From Deferribacterales bacterium (GTDB lineage Bacteria > Chrysiogenota > Deferribacteres > Deferribacterales > Geovibrionaceae): a DNA stretch of 64,000 nucleotides. The notes below the pieces were generated by a model that ran no database searches, had not been told where the DNA came from, and worked only from the letters and a program-made list of their open reading frames with translations. The stretch spans positions 185,107 to 249,106 of the forward strand of contig JBFWJS010000006.1 of NCBI GenBank assembly GCA_050253075.1. Direction: 5' to 3'. Below are positions 27,583 to 38,809 of the stretch, one piece after another (the stretch's first letter is position 1; every line of letters begins with the position of its first letter). The position numbers and the translations under genes were made by a program.

Positions 27583-30500
27583 ATGTCTCAGAAGAAAAAA
27601 GTAATCATTGACGGCAACACCGCCGCAGCCCACGTTGCTCACGCGACAAACGAGGTTATAGCGATTTATCCTATTACACCCTCGTCTGTTATGGGTGAAA
27701 TTTCAGATGAAAAATCTGCAATGGGCGAAAAAAACATATGGGGTTCTGTACCTAAAGTAGTAGAACTTCAGTCAGAAGGCGGCGCATCCGGTGCTGTTCA
27801 CGGTGCTCTCTCCGCAGGCGCACTTACAACAACATTCACAGCGTCCCAGGGTCTCCTTCTTATGATCCCTAATATGTACAAGATCGCTGGAGAACTTACA
27901 CCTACAGTATTCCACGTTAGTGCCCGTGCAGTTGCGACACATGCGCTTTCTATTTTCGGTGATCACTCCGACGTTATGGCCTGCCGCCAGACAGGCTGGG
28001 CTATGCTCGCTTCTAACAACCCACAGGAGACAATGGACTTCGCTCTTATAGCGCAGGCAGCTTCACTTGAAAGCCGCATCCCTGTTCTCCACTACTTCGA
28101 CGGTTTCAGAACATCTCACGAGCTCCGCTCCACTGCTGCTCTGACACACGAAGAAATGGCTCATATGATCGATGATGAGCTCGTCAGAAACCACAGAGCA
28201 AGAGCTCTCAACCCTGACAAACCAACAATCAAAGGAACAGCTCAGAACCCTGACGTATTCTTCCAGGCGAAAGAGACTGCTAATAAATACTACACAGCAT
28301 TCAACCCTATCATGCAGAAACAGATGGACAAGTTTGCAGAGCTCACAGGCCGCGCATACAAACTTGTAGACTATGTCGGTGCACCTGATGCTGAGAAAGT
28401 TCTCGTTATCATGGGTTCCGGTGCTGATGTTGCCGAAGAAGCTGTTGACTACATGACAGCAAACGGCGAAAAAGTCGGTATCATAAAGATCAGACTTTAC
28501 AGACCGTTCCCACTCGAGGGATTCATCAACGCTCTTCCTACTACTGTTAAGAAGATCGCTGTCCTCGACAGAACAAAAGAGCCGGGCTCTATCGGCGATC
28601 CTATGTACCTCGATGTACGTACTGCTATCGGCGAAGCTATGCAGATGAAGATGTTCAAATTCGACGGATATCCTACAATCGTCGGCGGACGCTACGGTCT
28701 CGGTTCTAAAGAATTCACACCAGCTATGGTTAAAGCCGTATTCGACAACCTTGACGCTGACCAGCCTAAAAACGGCTTCACTGTCGGTATCGAAGACGAC
28801 GTTACAAACCTCAGCCTTAAGTATGATCCAAACTGGCTCACACCTCAGGACGGCGTTTACAACGCTATGTTCTTCGGTCTTGGCTCTGACGGTACTGTCG
28901 GCGCTAACAAAAACACAGCTAAGATCATCGGCGATCAGACAGACAACACTATCCAGGCTTACTTCGTTTACGACTCAAAGAAAGCCGGTTCTATGACTAC
29001 ATCTCACCTTCGTTTCGGTAAGAAGAACATCAAGTCTTCCTACCTTGTACAGAAGGCTGACTTTGTTGCATGCCACAACTTCTCCTTCCTTGAGAAATAC
29101 GACATGCTCAAATACCTTAACCCGGGCGGAACATTCCTCCTGAACAGCCAGTTCTCCGCTGACGAAATATGGGCACACATCCCTGAGATCGTTCAGAAGC
29201 AGATCGTGGCTAAACAGGCTAAGGTCTACACTATCAACGCTGTTAAAATAGCTGACGAGCTCGGTCTCGGACAGAGATACAACGTTGTACTCCAGACAGC
29301 ATTCTTCAAAATCTCTGAGATCATCCCATTTGCTGATGCTCTCGGCGCTATCAAAGATGCTAACAAAAAATCCTACGGACGTTACGGCGAGAAAGTTGTT
29401 AAAATGAACAACGACGCTGCTGAAGCAGGTGCTACAGGACTTCAGGAAGTTCACTATCCCGGCGAAGGCGCAGCTCCATCCAATGAGGAGATCGTATTCC
29501 CTCTCGTTGGTAACTGTGTAACAGATCCTAAGGCCACAGCCTTTGTTAAAGAGACAACATCTCAGCTCGTTGCTATGAGAGGAGATGAGGTTAAAGTTTC
29601 TCAGCTTCCTGATGACGGTACATTCCCGCTCTCTACAGCTAGATTTGAGAAGCGTAACATCGCTGTAAACATGCCTGAGTGGAACACAGAGCTTTGCATC
29701 CAGTGCGGTATCTGTTCATTCGTTTGTCCTCACGCTTCTATCAGAACAATGGTGTACGAGCCTGCTCTTCTCGACAAAGCTCCTGCAGCATTCAAATCTA
29801 TGGATGCAAAAGGCAAGGAATTCGCAGGCATGAAGTTTACAGTTCAGGTTGCTCCTGAAGACTGTACAGGCTGCGGCGCTTGTGTTTACAACTGTCCTGC
29901 CAAAGACAAAACTAACCCTGAGATCAAAGCTATCAACATGAAGCCACAGGTTGAACTCAGAGATCAGGAAGTCATTAACTGGGACTTCTTCACAACTATC
30001 CCTGAGCTTCCGATCGATAAATATAACAAAGCAAGCCTTAAAGGCTCTCAGCTTGCTCCACACATGTTCGAGTTCTCCGGAGCTTGTGCAGGCTGTGGTG
30101 AAACACCATACGTAAGACTCCTCTCCTCACTTTTCGGTGACAGAGCACTTATATCCAACGCCACAGGTTGTTCATCTATCTACGGTGGTAACCTTCCGAC
30201 TACTCCATATTGCACAAGAGCAGACGGACGCGGACCGGCATGGAGTAACTCACTCTTCGAGGACAACGCAGAATTCGGTTTCGGATTCAGACTTACAGTT
30301 GATCAGTTCAACAAGCAGGCGACAGAGCTCCTCGACAGAGTCGCAGGTCTTGATGCTAAGCTCGTAGCTGACATCAAATCTGCTGACCAGTCTACAGAAG
30401 CAGGCATCGAAGCACAGCGTGCGAGAGTTGCAGAACTCAAAGCTGCTTGTCTTAAGATAGGCTCTTCTGAAGCTAAAAACCTTGAGTCACTCGCTGACTA

Positions 30501-31170
30501 CCTCGTTAAAAAATCCGTATGGATGGTAGGTGGTGACGGCTGGGCTTACGATATCGGTTACGGCGGTCTCGACCACGTACTCGCATCTACAGAAAACTTT
30601 AACATACTCGTACTCGATACAGAGGTTTACTCTAACACCGGCGGTCAGGCTTCTAAGTCTACTCCTATCGGTGCTCAGGCTAAATTCGCTACTTCCGGTA
30701 AAGAAGCAGAGAAGAAAGACCTCGGTATGATCGCTATGACATACGGCCACATCTATGTTGCGAAGGTATCTCTGGCTAACCCTGCTCAGGTTATCAAAGC
30801 ATTCGTAGAGGCAGAAGCTCACGACGGACCTTCTCTCATCATCGCATACTCACACTGTATCGCTCACGGTATAGACATGACATCCGGTGTTGAAGCTCAG
30901 AAGAAAGCTGTTGCTTCCGGCTACTGGCCGCTGTTCAGATTCAACCCTGCTCTCAGAGGAGAAGGTAAGAATCCGCTCACTATCGACAGCAAAGAGCCTT
31001 CAATGACTATCAAGGAATTCATGGCTACTGAAAACAGATTCCGTGTTGTTCAGAAGATGTTCCCTGAGATGGCAGAGAAGCTCGGCGATTTCGCTCAGAA
31101 AAAGGCTAACCAGCGTCTTAAACTCTACAGCGAACTTGCAAAAGTTGACTGTTCAATCGACGACAAATAG
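27583..31170 (+). CDS. nifJ: Pyruvate:ferredoxin (flavodoxin) oxidoreductase
   Basis: YPITPSS, QSEGGASG, two CxxCxxCxxxCP motifs, GACAGCGET, GGDGWAYDIG, YSNTGGQ. Confidence 0.97.
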   Translation: MSQKKKVIIDGNTAAAHVAHATNEVIAIYPITPSSVMGEISDEKSAMGEKNIWGSVPKVVELQSEGGASGAVHGALSAGALTTTFTASQGLLLMIPNMYKIAGELTPTVFHVSARAVATHALSIFGDHSDVMACRQTGWAMLASNNPQETMDFALIAQAASLESRIPVLHYFDGFRTSHELRSTAALTHEEMAHMIDDELVRNHRARALNPDKPTIKGTAQNPDVFFQAKETANKYYTAFNPIMQKQMDKFAELTGRAYKLVDYVGAPDAEKVLVIMGSGADVAEEAVDYMTANGEKVGIIKIRLYRPFPLEGFINALPTTVKKIAVLDRTKEPGSIGDPMYLDVRTAIGEAMQMKMFKFDGYPTIVGGRYGLGSKEFTPAMVKAVFDNLDADQPKNGFTVGIEDDVTNLSLKYDPNWLTPQDGVYNAMFFGLGSDGTVGANKNTAKIIGDQTDNTIQAYFVYDSKKAGSMTTSHLRFGKKNIKSSYLVQKADFVACHNFSFLEKYDMLKYLNPGGTFLLNSQFSADEIWAHIPEIVQKQIVAKQAKVYTINAVKIADELGLGQRYNVVLQTAFFKISEIIPFADALGAIKDANKKSYGRYGEKVVKMNNDAAEAGATGLQEVHYPGEGAAPSNEEIVFPLVGNCVTDPKATAFVKETTSQLVAMRGDEVKVSQLPDDGTFPLSTARFEKRNIAVNMPEWNTELCIQCGICSFVCPHASIRTMVYEPALLDKAPAAFKSMDAKGKEFAGMKFTVQVAPEDCTGCGACVYNCPAKDKTNPEIKAINMKPQVELRDQEVINWDFFTTIPELPIDKYNKASLKGSQLAPHMFEFSGACAGCGETPYVRLLSSLFGDRALISNATGCSSIYGGNLPTTPYCTRADGRGPAWSNSLFEDNAEFGFGFRLTVDQFNKQATELLDRVAGLDAKLVADIKSADQSTEAGIEAQRARVAELKAACLKIGSSEAKNLESLADYLVKKSVWMVGGDGWAYDIGYGGLDHVLASTENFNILVLDTEVYSNTGGQASKSTPIGAQAKFATSGKEAEKKDLGMIAMTYGHIYVAKVSLANPAQVIKAFVEAEAHDGPSLIIAYSHCIAHGIDMTSGVEAQKKAVASGYWPLFRFNPALRGEGKNPLTIDSKEPSMTIKEFMATENRFRVVQKMFPEMAEKLGDFAQKKANQRLKLYSELAKVDCSIDDK

Positions 31171-31188
31171 TCACACTGACATAAACGT

Positions 31189-31216
31189 AAAAGGGGAGCT
31201 TCGGCTCCCCTTTTTT
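31189..31216 (+). terminator. Rho-independent terminator of nifJ
   Basis: GGGGAGC-TTCG-GCTCCCC-TTTTTT. Confidence 0.9.
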
Positions 31217-31378
31217 CATTACTGCTTAATATATCCGAAATTTATCTTTCAAACTCTTAATAGACCTGTGTATATCCTTGTTAACAAATAATTAGATAAA
31301 ATTATAATTTATAAAATGATGACATTTTTAATAATTTAGTTGGTAAAATATAAATATATTCAACTAGGCGGTATTTAT

Positions 31379-33391
31379 ATGAAGCTAAGTTTTAAAATGA
31401 AGATCATTTTACCGGTTCTTATTTCCGTGCTGCTATCTTTTATTGTATCCAGTCTGATTATATTTACATCCGTCAAAAAAGAATCAGTAAAAGTAGCAAC
31501 TCAAAGTGCAAAAAATGAACTAGAGAAACATGCAGGGGAGATCTCAGGGGATATACGCTCAAGCATACATGTCGCGAAGACATTAGCAAACTTTGCAACA
31601 GTAACCTCTGCAAGCGACAGCAAGATGTCCAGAAACGAAACTATGGACTTCCTCGTACACGTACTGAGCGTCAATACCTCTCTGTATGATGCATGGATTG
31701 TGTGGGAACCCAATCAGTACCACACAAACGACTCATCCCTCGGCGAAGAGTCGTTCGTATATAAAAATCGTTTCTCACCCATGGCATACAGAGACGGCAA
31801 CAACATAAGCAAAGCAAATACGACGATTGTAGACGACAACAGCGGCATAGACGACTGGTATTACGTCCCGCTGAAGAATGGAGCCTTTAACATAGCGAAA
31901 CCGACAACGTATGAGATCGGCGGACAGAATGTAACCCTTATAACGATATCAGTACCTTTCAAAAAAGACGGCAAAATAATCGGTGTCGCAGGTGTAGACA
32001 TGGCTATCAGCTATTTCAAGGAGCTGGTAAACGACATTAAGTTTTACGAAAGCGGATATGCTTTCCTTCTGACAGGAGATTTCACCGTTTTTGCACACCC
32101 GAAAAAGAGCGAAGAAGGCAAAAGCTATAAGGATGTCTTCCCTGAAGCATACAAAGGCTCAGAAACTCTTAAAAACACGATATTATCCAAGAAGATAGAA
32201 GGCACATCAGGCGAAACGCTCTTTGCTTTCCACCCGTTCAAAATACCTGAGACAGTATTCACACTGACAATGGCAATGAATGTCCCCGTGGACGAGGTTT
32301 TCGCATTTCTTGAGCCTATTAAATTAATGACAATAATCATCGTTGTAATATCTATCGCAGTTATCTCATTGATTATTTTCTACATCGCATCAAAGCTGGT
32401 CAGAACCCTCGGCGGAGAGCCCGACCATGTAATAGAGCTGATGAGCCATATATCAAAAGGCGACTTCACAAGAGATATCAAAGTCTCTGCAAATGATAAT
32501 TTCTCACTGGTCTATTCTGTTAAAATGATGGTGAATGAGCTGCGTATACTGCTGAGACAGATAATAGATAATGCGAACTCCCTGAGAGACACCAGCACAG
32601 ACCTCAGCTCCGGAGCAAACGAGCTCTCAGCAGGGACCATCTCTCAGTCCGAGCGGTCTACACAGATAGCTTCCGCCACGGCAGAGATGACCCAGACCAC
32701 ACAAGAGATAGCTCAGAATCTGTCAGACATATCGGTGTATTCCTCTGAAACAGCAGATAAAGCAACACACAGCAAAGAGACAGTGCATGAATCCACCAAA
32801 GGTGTCTTAAAGATCAAAGACACGGTGGATGCTTCCTCCGCTCTGGTACAGGAGCTAAGCGTTAGCTCAGAGCAGATCATAGAGATTGTGAGCGTAATCA
32901 GCGACATCGCCGACCAGACAAACCTCCTCGCACTGAATGCCGCCATCGAAGCAGCCAGAGCAGGAGATCAGGGGCGCGGATTTGCCGTTGTGGCGGATGA
33001 AGTGCGTAAACTGGCAGAAAGAACACAGGCCGCTACAACAGAGATAAGCGAGCTCGTAAACAGCACTCAGAAAGGCATTAAAAATGTCACAGGGTCTATG
33101 TCTGATGTGAAAATAAATGTCGATATGGGCGTAAAGATGACTCAGCAGGTTGCTGAATCGCTGGATATTATCGTTGAAAGCGTTAATTCACTTGAAGAGA
33201 TGGTTTCAAGCATCTCAAGTGCTACATCTCAGATGGCATCCACCAGCGGTCAGATACAGATGGATATAGATGCCGTTGCGACTGTTTCCGAAGAGATAAC
33301 TTTAACAGCAAACCACATTGCCGAAAGCTCATCCAATCTGGAAAATATGAGCGACAGCATGCGTGAGCTTGTTAAACAGTTTAAGATATGA
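31379..33391 (+). CDS. Methyl-accepting chemotaxis protein with dCache sensor
   Basis: TM-dCache (DWYYVPL...PTTY, GVAGVD, GYAFLL)-[25 protein letters not shown] at 31379. Confidence 0.93.
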   Translation: MKLSFKMKIILPVLISVLLSFIVSSLIIFTSVKKESVKVATQSAKNELEKHAGEISGDIRSSIHVAKTLANFATVTSASDSKMSRNETMDFLVHVLSVNTSLYDAWIVWEPNQYHTNDSSLGEESFVYKNRFSPMAYRDGNNISKANTTIVDDNSGIDDWYYVPLKNGAFNIAKPTTYEIGGQNVTLITISVPFKKDGKIIGVAGVDMAISYFKELVNDIKFYESGYAFLLTGDFTVFAHPKKSEEGKSYKDVFPEAYKGSETLKNTILSKKIEGTSGETLFAFHPFKIPETVFTLTMAMNVPVDEVFAFLEPIKLMTIIIVVISIAVISLIIFYIASKLVRTLGGEPDHVIELMSHISKGDFTRDIKVSANDNFSLVYSVKMMVNELRILLRQIIDNANSLRDTSTDLSSGANELSAGTISQSERSTQIASATAEMTQTTQEIAQNLSDISVYSSETADKATHSKETVHESTKGVLKIKDTVDASSALVQELSVSSEQIIEIVSVISDIADQTNLLALNAAIEAARAGDQGRGFAVVADEVRKLAERTQAATTEISELVNSTQKGIKNVTGSMSDVKINVDMGVKMTQQVAESLDIIVESVNSLEEMVSSISSATSQMASTSGQIQMDIDAVATVSEEITLTANHIAESSSNLENMSDSMRELVKQFKI

Positions 33392-33395
33392 AATT

Positions 33396-33427
33396 AAAAA
33401 AAGGGAGCTTCGGCTCCCCTTTTTTTT
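33396..33427. terminator. Bidirectional terminator
   Basis: GGGAGC-TTCG-GCTCCC with A and T runs, between convergent MCP genes. Confidence 0.88.
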
Positions 33428-33429
33428 GT

Positions 33430-34740
33430 CTATAATTTGAATTCCTTCAATAGATTCCTCAGGTTTTCCGACTGGGCATTCAGATCAGATGTCGTATCTG
33501 CTATGCTGCCGACTGCCTGATTGCTCTCTGTAAAGCCCGATGCCAGATTCTGTATGCTGGTGTTTATGTTTTGTATGGCTTCCACCTGCTGTTCTACGGC
33601 ATTGCCTATGAGATTGTTCACCTCATTTACAGCCTGCACAGAGGTAAAGATAACGTCGAAATTGCTCTTAGTATCATTCGCCACAGCTACCCCTTTAGCA
33701 ACGCTGTCCGAAGCGACAGACATCCCCTGAAACGCCTTAGACGTATCCTGCCCAAGCGCAGTGATGATGGAGTTGATGTCCTGAATGGCAGTCTGTGTCC
33801 TCTCTGCCAGTTTACGCACTTCATCCGCCACAACGGCAAATCCGCGCCCAGCATCGCCAGCTCTTGCCGCTTCTATGGCGGCATTAAGCGCAAGCAGGTT
33901 TGTCTGGTCGGCGATGTCGTTTATAACATTCAGAATGTCGCCTATCTCTGCTGATGATTTAGACAGACCTTCGATGGTCTTAGACAGCTCCGCAGTAGTG
34001 GCGCTTATATCACCTATCTTACCTATCAGCTCTTCCAGCTTCTTCTTACCCTGAACGGTGTTATGGGTTGTTTCGGTATTCTTATCAGCAGCAACGCTGA
34101 CATTGTGCATCACTTCAGAGGAAGATACGGATATCTCCTCCATAGCGCTGGCGATGCTAACCATCTGGTCGCTCTGATTGCTTACATTTAATGAGAGCTC
34201 CTCGGATGCTGATGAAACAGATACGCTGACCTCCGTCAGCTTTCCGGAGTTGTCCTGCACACTAGCCATGACACGTACTACCTTCTGTTTAAATATATCG
34301 AGCAGATTGATAACATTAGTTATCTCGCATCTGGTCTCGCTCTTCATCCCTTTCTCTTTTGAGAGGTTACCGAAGAGCAGAAGCTCATCTGTTCCGGTGT
34401 GCAGCCTGATCATCAGCTTTCTCAGATTAGCCACTAGGACCAGCAGAGCCAGTATAACAAAAGAAGCAAGGGCGGTGACCACAACTATCTTTATCAACTG
34501 AGACTTATGTGTGCGCTCTTCCAGCTCGCTCTGAACAGCCTTGCTCATTGCATCCATCTCTGCCTCCAGCGCATGTACATAAGCCCGAACCTCACCCTGA
34601 ATACCGTCAGTGTGTTTCAGACCAAACTCGACCTCCTTCTCTACCAGCTTCAGAAAGTCTGCCTTATACGCCTCTAAAAGAGACAGGCTCTGCTCGAGTA
34701 CAGTGGGATTGGTGATCTTTTCCTTTATAAGGACTATCAT
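33430..34740 (-). CDS. Methyl-accepting chemotaxis protein, N-terminally truncated (possible pseudogene)
   Basis: Intact signalling domain but only one TM; the frame continues 16 codons upstream to a stop with no first TM. Confidence 0.75.
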   Translation of the reverse strand: MIVLIKEKITNPTVLEQSLSLLEAYKADFLKLVEKEVEFGLKHTDGIQGEVRAYVHALEAEMDAMSKAVQSELEERTHKSQLIKIVVVTALASFVILALLVLVANLRKLMIRLHTGTDELLLFGNLSKEKGMKSETRCEITNVINLLDIFKQKVVRVMASVQDNSGKLTEVSVSVSSASEELSLNVSNQSDQMVSIASAMEEISVSSSEVMHNVSVAADKNTETTHNTVQGKKKLEELIGKIGDISATTAELSKTIEGLSKSSAEIGDILNVINDIADQTNLLALNAAIEAARAGDAGRGFAVVADEVRKLAERTQTAIQDINSIITALGQDTSKAFQGMSVASDSVAKGVAVANDTKSNFDVIFTSVQAVNEVNNLIGNAVEQQVEAIQNINTSIQNLASGFTESNQAVGSIADTTSDLNAQSENLRNLLKEFKL

Positions 34741-34899
34741 CTTGTCATAGTCTTTTATGAATGATTCTCTGTATGAGGCAGGATAAATCTATTTAAAATT
34801 CTTATCACATATATAGTCATATTTAATTATTATTGCATGATACAGGATGGTGATATACACTCTCTGAAACAGCCCAAACTATATGCGCATGAGGTATCA

Positions 34900-35493
34900 A
34901 TGGATATTGCAATACAGGTGTGGGCTGCAGGCTTTTATCTTCTGAATAAGGTCTTCTTCGCCCTCGCAGAGGGTAAATCACCGTCAACAAAACGTAAGCT
35001 GAAACTATGGGGATGGACAGTATACATTCTAGGTGTCCCCGGGTGGGTGATCATCCTCGCACAGCATCACAACTGGATCGCAGCGTCTGTGGAGTCGGGC
35101 GGTCTGCCTTCGATGTTCCTCGGTCTGTATATTGTCTATTACTCAAACAGACAGCCAAACAGAGCCGTCACACTCTTTACCAAATACTGCGTATACGTCT
35201 TTCTTTTCGTAGGTTTATCATACAGCCTCTATGACTACGGCGGACTGACATCCGTCAGACAGTTTCTGGAAATGGCCGCCATGGCGGGATTCCTGATAGG
35301 CAGCTACCTTCTGGCTCGGAATGACAACAGGGGCTGGCTGTTTTATATGGTGATGAATACGGGGATGATAATACTGCTATTCATACAGGGTAAACCGCTC
35401 CTTTCACTACAGCAGGTCGTCTCACTTTCGTTTGTGATATACGGCTATACCGTAGCGGTGAGAGAGAGTAGAAAGACAGAGAGTGCCGTCTAA
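34900..35493 (+). CDS. Multi-TM membrane protein, possibly PnuC/NMN-transporter-like
   Basis: About 6-7 TMs, two GW-containing halves, C-terminal FVIYGY; RBS GAGGT before ATG at 34900; family call tentative. Confidence 0.55.
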   Translation: MDIAIQVWAAGFYLLNKVFFALAEGKSPSTKRKLKLWGWTVYILGVPGWVIILAQHHNWIAASVESGGLPSMFLGLYIVYYSNRQPNRAVTLFTKYCVYVFLFVGLSYSLYDYGGLTSVRQFLEMAAMAGFLIGSYLLARNDNRGWLFYMVMNTGMIILLFIQGKPLLSLQQVVSLSFVIYGYTVAVRESRKTESAV

Positions 35494-35594
35494 ACTATAA
35501 ATCACCTTGGGTAAACCCGTGGTTCTATGCTTCACATGTGCTTAACGCACATAGTTACAACTTCGTTTTCTCAGCTAGATCATATGCAAAAAAC

Positions 35595-35771
35595 GTCACT
35601 GCGAAGCCCAAAGGGCTGTGACACTAGCCGAAGGCTGTACGAGTCCATGAATAGTAATCAACGAGCTAGTATCTGCACTCGTTAATTTATACAAAGATGA
35701 AGGCGAAACAAGTTCGCCATTCTTCGTTTCACTTCGAAAGCTTCGTCAGCCTCCGGCTTTCTCGCAATGAC
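35595..35771. repeat. Palindromic REP/MITE-like element (GTCAY...ATGAC)
   Basis: Termini GTCACTGCGA / TCGCAATGAC; internal hairpins AGCCC-AAA-GGGCT and AGCC-GAA-GGCT. Confidence 0.7.
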
Positions 35772-35821
35772 TTTTATGCTCTTAAGCTGTGATTTGCTCA
35801 TTCATCCAAGCATACATAAAC

Positions 35822-38107
35822 TTACCAATGGAACATCTTCTTCACTGACCCCACAGGGTCTTTGATAATACTTACCCCTTTGTCAACAACCTCTTGTGCT
35901 TTCTTCTTAAAGTTCTCTTCGACTTTATCTGAATCGCTTTTGCCGTCCAGATACTCTTCATATGTCAGCCCTGTATTGAAAGCGCTAGGAACAGGTATGC
36001 ACAGCCCGACGGATATTGCGGCACATCTTGAACCGTCATACCACCATGCATTGCTGTAGTCTGACGTACGCAGACCTATGGTGGAGTTGGGCTTTTCTGC
36101 ACCTTTCAAATTCGCATACCTCATATCGGACAACATAAAATATGCGTTCCCTAATGAAGCATTTGCAAAATTGGCAGCGCGGAAATCACAACCTAAAAAG
36201 ATAGGATGATAATTAAGCCTGTCATTTGAAAACATATCACCTTGCCTGTAAACTCCGGCATTAGTAAAATCAGCTCTGCTAAAGTTAACGTTGAGCAGAA
36301 TAAGATCATTATTTACATAGTCGTCATCTTCATAAAGGTCACGATGCATTAGGATATTAGAACGGTTTAAGTTTGCGCCTGAAAAATTGCCCCCTTCATA
36401 AAATGAAAGTACGTCATGCGTAGAAGAGCTCACATCGTCTCCTATCAAGCTCATGATAATATCAAAAATGGCTGACGATATATCATCCTTAAGCGCCTGA
36501 GCCGCAGCAGGATTCAAAATGTTAGAATAAAAATTAATATTTGTCCCAGCTTCAGAATCATGAGGATTTGATAGGTTAGCACCTGAAAAATTCGCTTCAG
36601 AGTATAATGACAATGTTCCGATATCGTATATATCTGCAACAGAGAAGTCGACATAGGAATACACTCGCGTATCTCCTGCATATATATATGTGTCTGTTAG
36701 ATCAACGTCTGAATATATATTTAATTCTTTTACATAATCAAGCCTTGCATCTGTGAAATCAGCCCCGGAACCGCCACTGTCTATAGTCAGTGTCGTCTGA
36801 TCGAAAGCCGTATTTGAAAAGTCATTATTGCTTCCGCTTATCGTAAAATCCGAGTTGTAGATAGTGGTTCCTGAAAAATCATTCCCGCTTCTATCAACAT
36901 TTAAATTTATCCTATCAAAAGAGCTGTTTGAAAAATTTGTATTCTTAGGAGAGAAATGCATCGTATAACTGCCATACATAGTGACACTTTCTTTACTAAA
37001 TGTACTGTTTGAAAAATCTGAATCATCAATTTTTGTATTAGCAAAATAGTCGTTGTATTCCCATCCGAAGAGAGTGGAGTCAAAGTTACTGCCGGAAAAA
37101 TTACTGTTAGTAATGGATGAAATTTCCTTTGTGTCTCCATTGTAGAACTTCGCCAAGGTGAAGTTGGAGTTTTGATAACTGGAATCGGCGATGTTGTAGT
37201 ATATGTCCTGTCGGTGGTAGCTTTCATTATCATGCGTAACGCCTGTTAATGTGGTGGCAAAAGATGTCGTATCAGCCTCAACAGCTCTGGAAGATACGGA
37301 CTCAACGGCTTTCGCCTGCACCGTTTCATAGGATAAAGCCTCAGCAGTCACGAAAGAATCTGGCACGGCATTAAGCGTAAAACCGACGCCTTCCATCCTG
37401 ATATCATTTGCGGTGAGAGCCATGAAGTAAGGTGTGTCGGAATCATCCAGCATAACAGCTCCGAGCCCTTCATATGCCCCTGCGTTATCACACCCTGACA
37501 TTGTCATTGATATATCAAAAATGTTCTTCCCTTCTTCAGGTACGTATATATCGCCCGTCACATCACATCCGTCGATAGTTCCGGAGATAACCCCTTCATC
37601 AGATACCGTTATATCCATATCTGCAGTGGCATGTTCACCTGAAATGTCGGACAGGCTGACGCTCTTTTCATAAACTGTAGAATAGTATGAAAACAGCTCG
37701 CCCTCCTGAAAGGCTGTATTCTGGAACGAACCGGTAAAGACATTCTGCTCATCGACAGTTGCAGAAACAAGCCCCACGGCAAATTTATTATTATTGTCAT
37801 ACAGGTCGTAAAGTCCGTAAGATGTGGACGAATCCTCACGTCCGTCGGAGACCATATATATGCTTTCAGCCATTTCGTAAGTACCTGCATATGAAACGCC
37901 TGCATCTTCAGAAATGCCGTATATCCTGCCGTTGTATATGATGGTTTTCATGTCGAAGACACCTGTGCCAACGATAGACTGAGAGCCTATCCATATCCCT
38001 GAAGGGTTCTCCACATCTGATTCATCATGGCTGGAGCTGCTTCCGTTTAAGTCCATGCAGCCGGCAAAGGAAAGAGTAAAAAGTAAAACTAAGATTAACC
38101 TAAGCAT
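35822..38107 (-). CDS. Large lipoprotein with pentapeptide repeats
   Basis: Lipobox FAGC; many (S/A/T)(N/D)FS(G/N) pentapeptides; C-terminal AWWYDGSRCAAISVGLC; ATG at 38107. Confidence 0.8.
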   Translation of the reverse strand: MLRLILVLLFTLSFAGCMDLNGSSSSHDESDVENPSGIWIGSQSIVGTGVFDMKTIIYNGRIYGISEDAGVSYAGTYEMAESIYMVSDGREDSSTSYGLYDLYDNNNKFAVGLVSATVDEQNVFTGSFQNTAFQEGELFSYYSTVYEKSVSLSDISGEHATADMDITVSDEGVISGTIDGCDVTGDIYVPEEGKNIFDISMTMSGCDNAGAYEGLGAVMLDDSDTPYFMALTANDIRMEGVGFTLNAVPDSFVTAEALSYETVQAKAVESVSSRAVEADTTSFATTLTGVTHDNESYHRQDIYYNIADSSYQNSNFTLAKFYNGDTKEISSITNSNFSGSNFDSTLFGWEYNDYFANTKIDDSDFSNSTFSKESVTMYGSYTMHFSPKNTNFSNSSFDRINLNVDRSGNDFSGTTIYNSDFTISGSNNDFSNTAFDQTTLTIDSGGSGADFTDARLDYVKELNIYSDVDLTDTYIYAGDTRVYSYVDFSVADIYDIGTLSLYSEANFSGANLSNPHDSEAGTNINFYSNILNPAAAQALKDDISSAIFDIIMSLIGDDVSSSTHDVLSFYEGGNFSGANLNRSNILMHRDLYEDDDYVNNDLILLNVNFSRADFTNAGVYRQGDMFSNDRLNYHPIFLGCDFRAANFANASLGNAYFMLSDMRYANLKGAEKPNSTIGLRTSDYSNAWWYDGSRCAAISVGLCIPVPSAFNTGLTYEEYLDGKSDSDKVEENFKKKAQEVVDKGVSIIKDPVGSVKKMFHW

Positions 38108-38222
38108 ATAAGTCCCCAAATAAAGTAATAAAAAAGTTTACATGTTAATAATCAACCTTACAAGTTAATTACATATAAATATGGATCAAGTGTTCTAAAT
38201 AAATAAAACGAATAAGCAGCAA

Positions 38223-38717
38223 TTAGATCTCAAGCTGCATCCATACAGTGTCAAAGACCGTTCCGTTCTTTTCGACGGCATTCTTGAAGTGACCGCACTT
38301 TTCGAAACCATGCTTCTCATGAAATCGCAGACTCCCTTCGTTCAGGGATGAAATATGGGCAAGGATGACCTTTATGCCCTTCTTCTTTGCTTCGGCTATG
38401 GCGTGTGTCAGCATCTTTGAGCCGTAGCCCTGCCCAGTGTATTCGGGCGAGATGAAGTATGTTATCTCTGCTGTCCTGTCAAAGCATGAAAACTTCCTGT
38501 ACGCCCGCATATACATATACCCTGCGAGCCTCCCTTTATCCTCGTCATAGACGCAGATATTGGGATAGTCCTTAAAGTCGTCATACAGCACGTCAAACCA
38601 TTTCAGCTCCATCTCATGTTCGGGATAAGCGTTGAAAGTGTTTCTGATATAGTAGTTTACTATCTCCATGAATTCTTCGGCATCGCCCTGCCGTATCTCT
38701 CTCATTATGACAGACAT
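38223..38717 (-). CDS. GNAT N-acetyltransferase (YncA/MnaT/Pat-like)
   Basis: YTGQGYGSKML, NEGSLRFHEKHGF, DTVWMQ. Confidence 0.88.
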   Translation of the reverse strand: MSVIMREIRQGDAEEFMEIVNYYIRNTFNAYPEHEMELKWFDVLYDDFKDYPNICVYDEDKGRLAGYMYMRAYRKFSCFDRTAEITYFISPEYTGQGYGSKMLTHAIAEAKKKGIKVILAHISSLNEGSLRFHEKHGFEKCGHFKNAVEKNGTVFDTVWMQLEI

Positions 38718-38809
38718 ATATCCCCCGATACTAAAAAGGGGAGCCGAAGCCCTAAGCCGTTTAAAAGACGTGTTGCTGCGAAAAATATTTCAGATAAGAA
38801 AAGGTAACC

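Noticed and set aside
34811..34830. NrtR-like operator upstream of the PnuC-like gene
   Set aside because: Only the left half (ATAGTCATATT) fits; the right half lacks the symmetric AC, and the background is AT-rich
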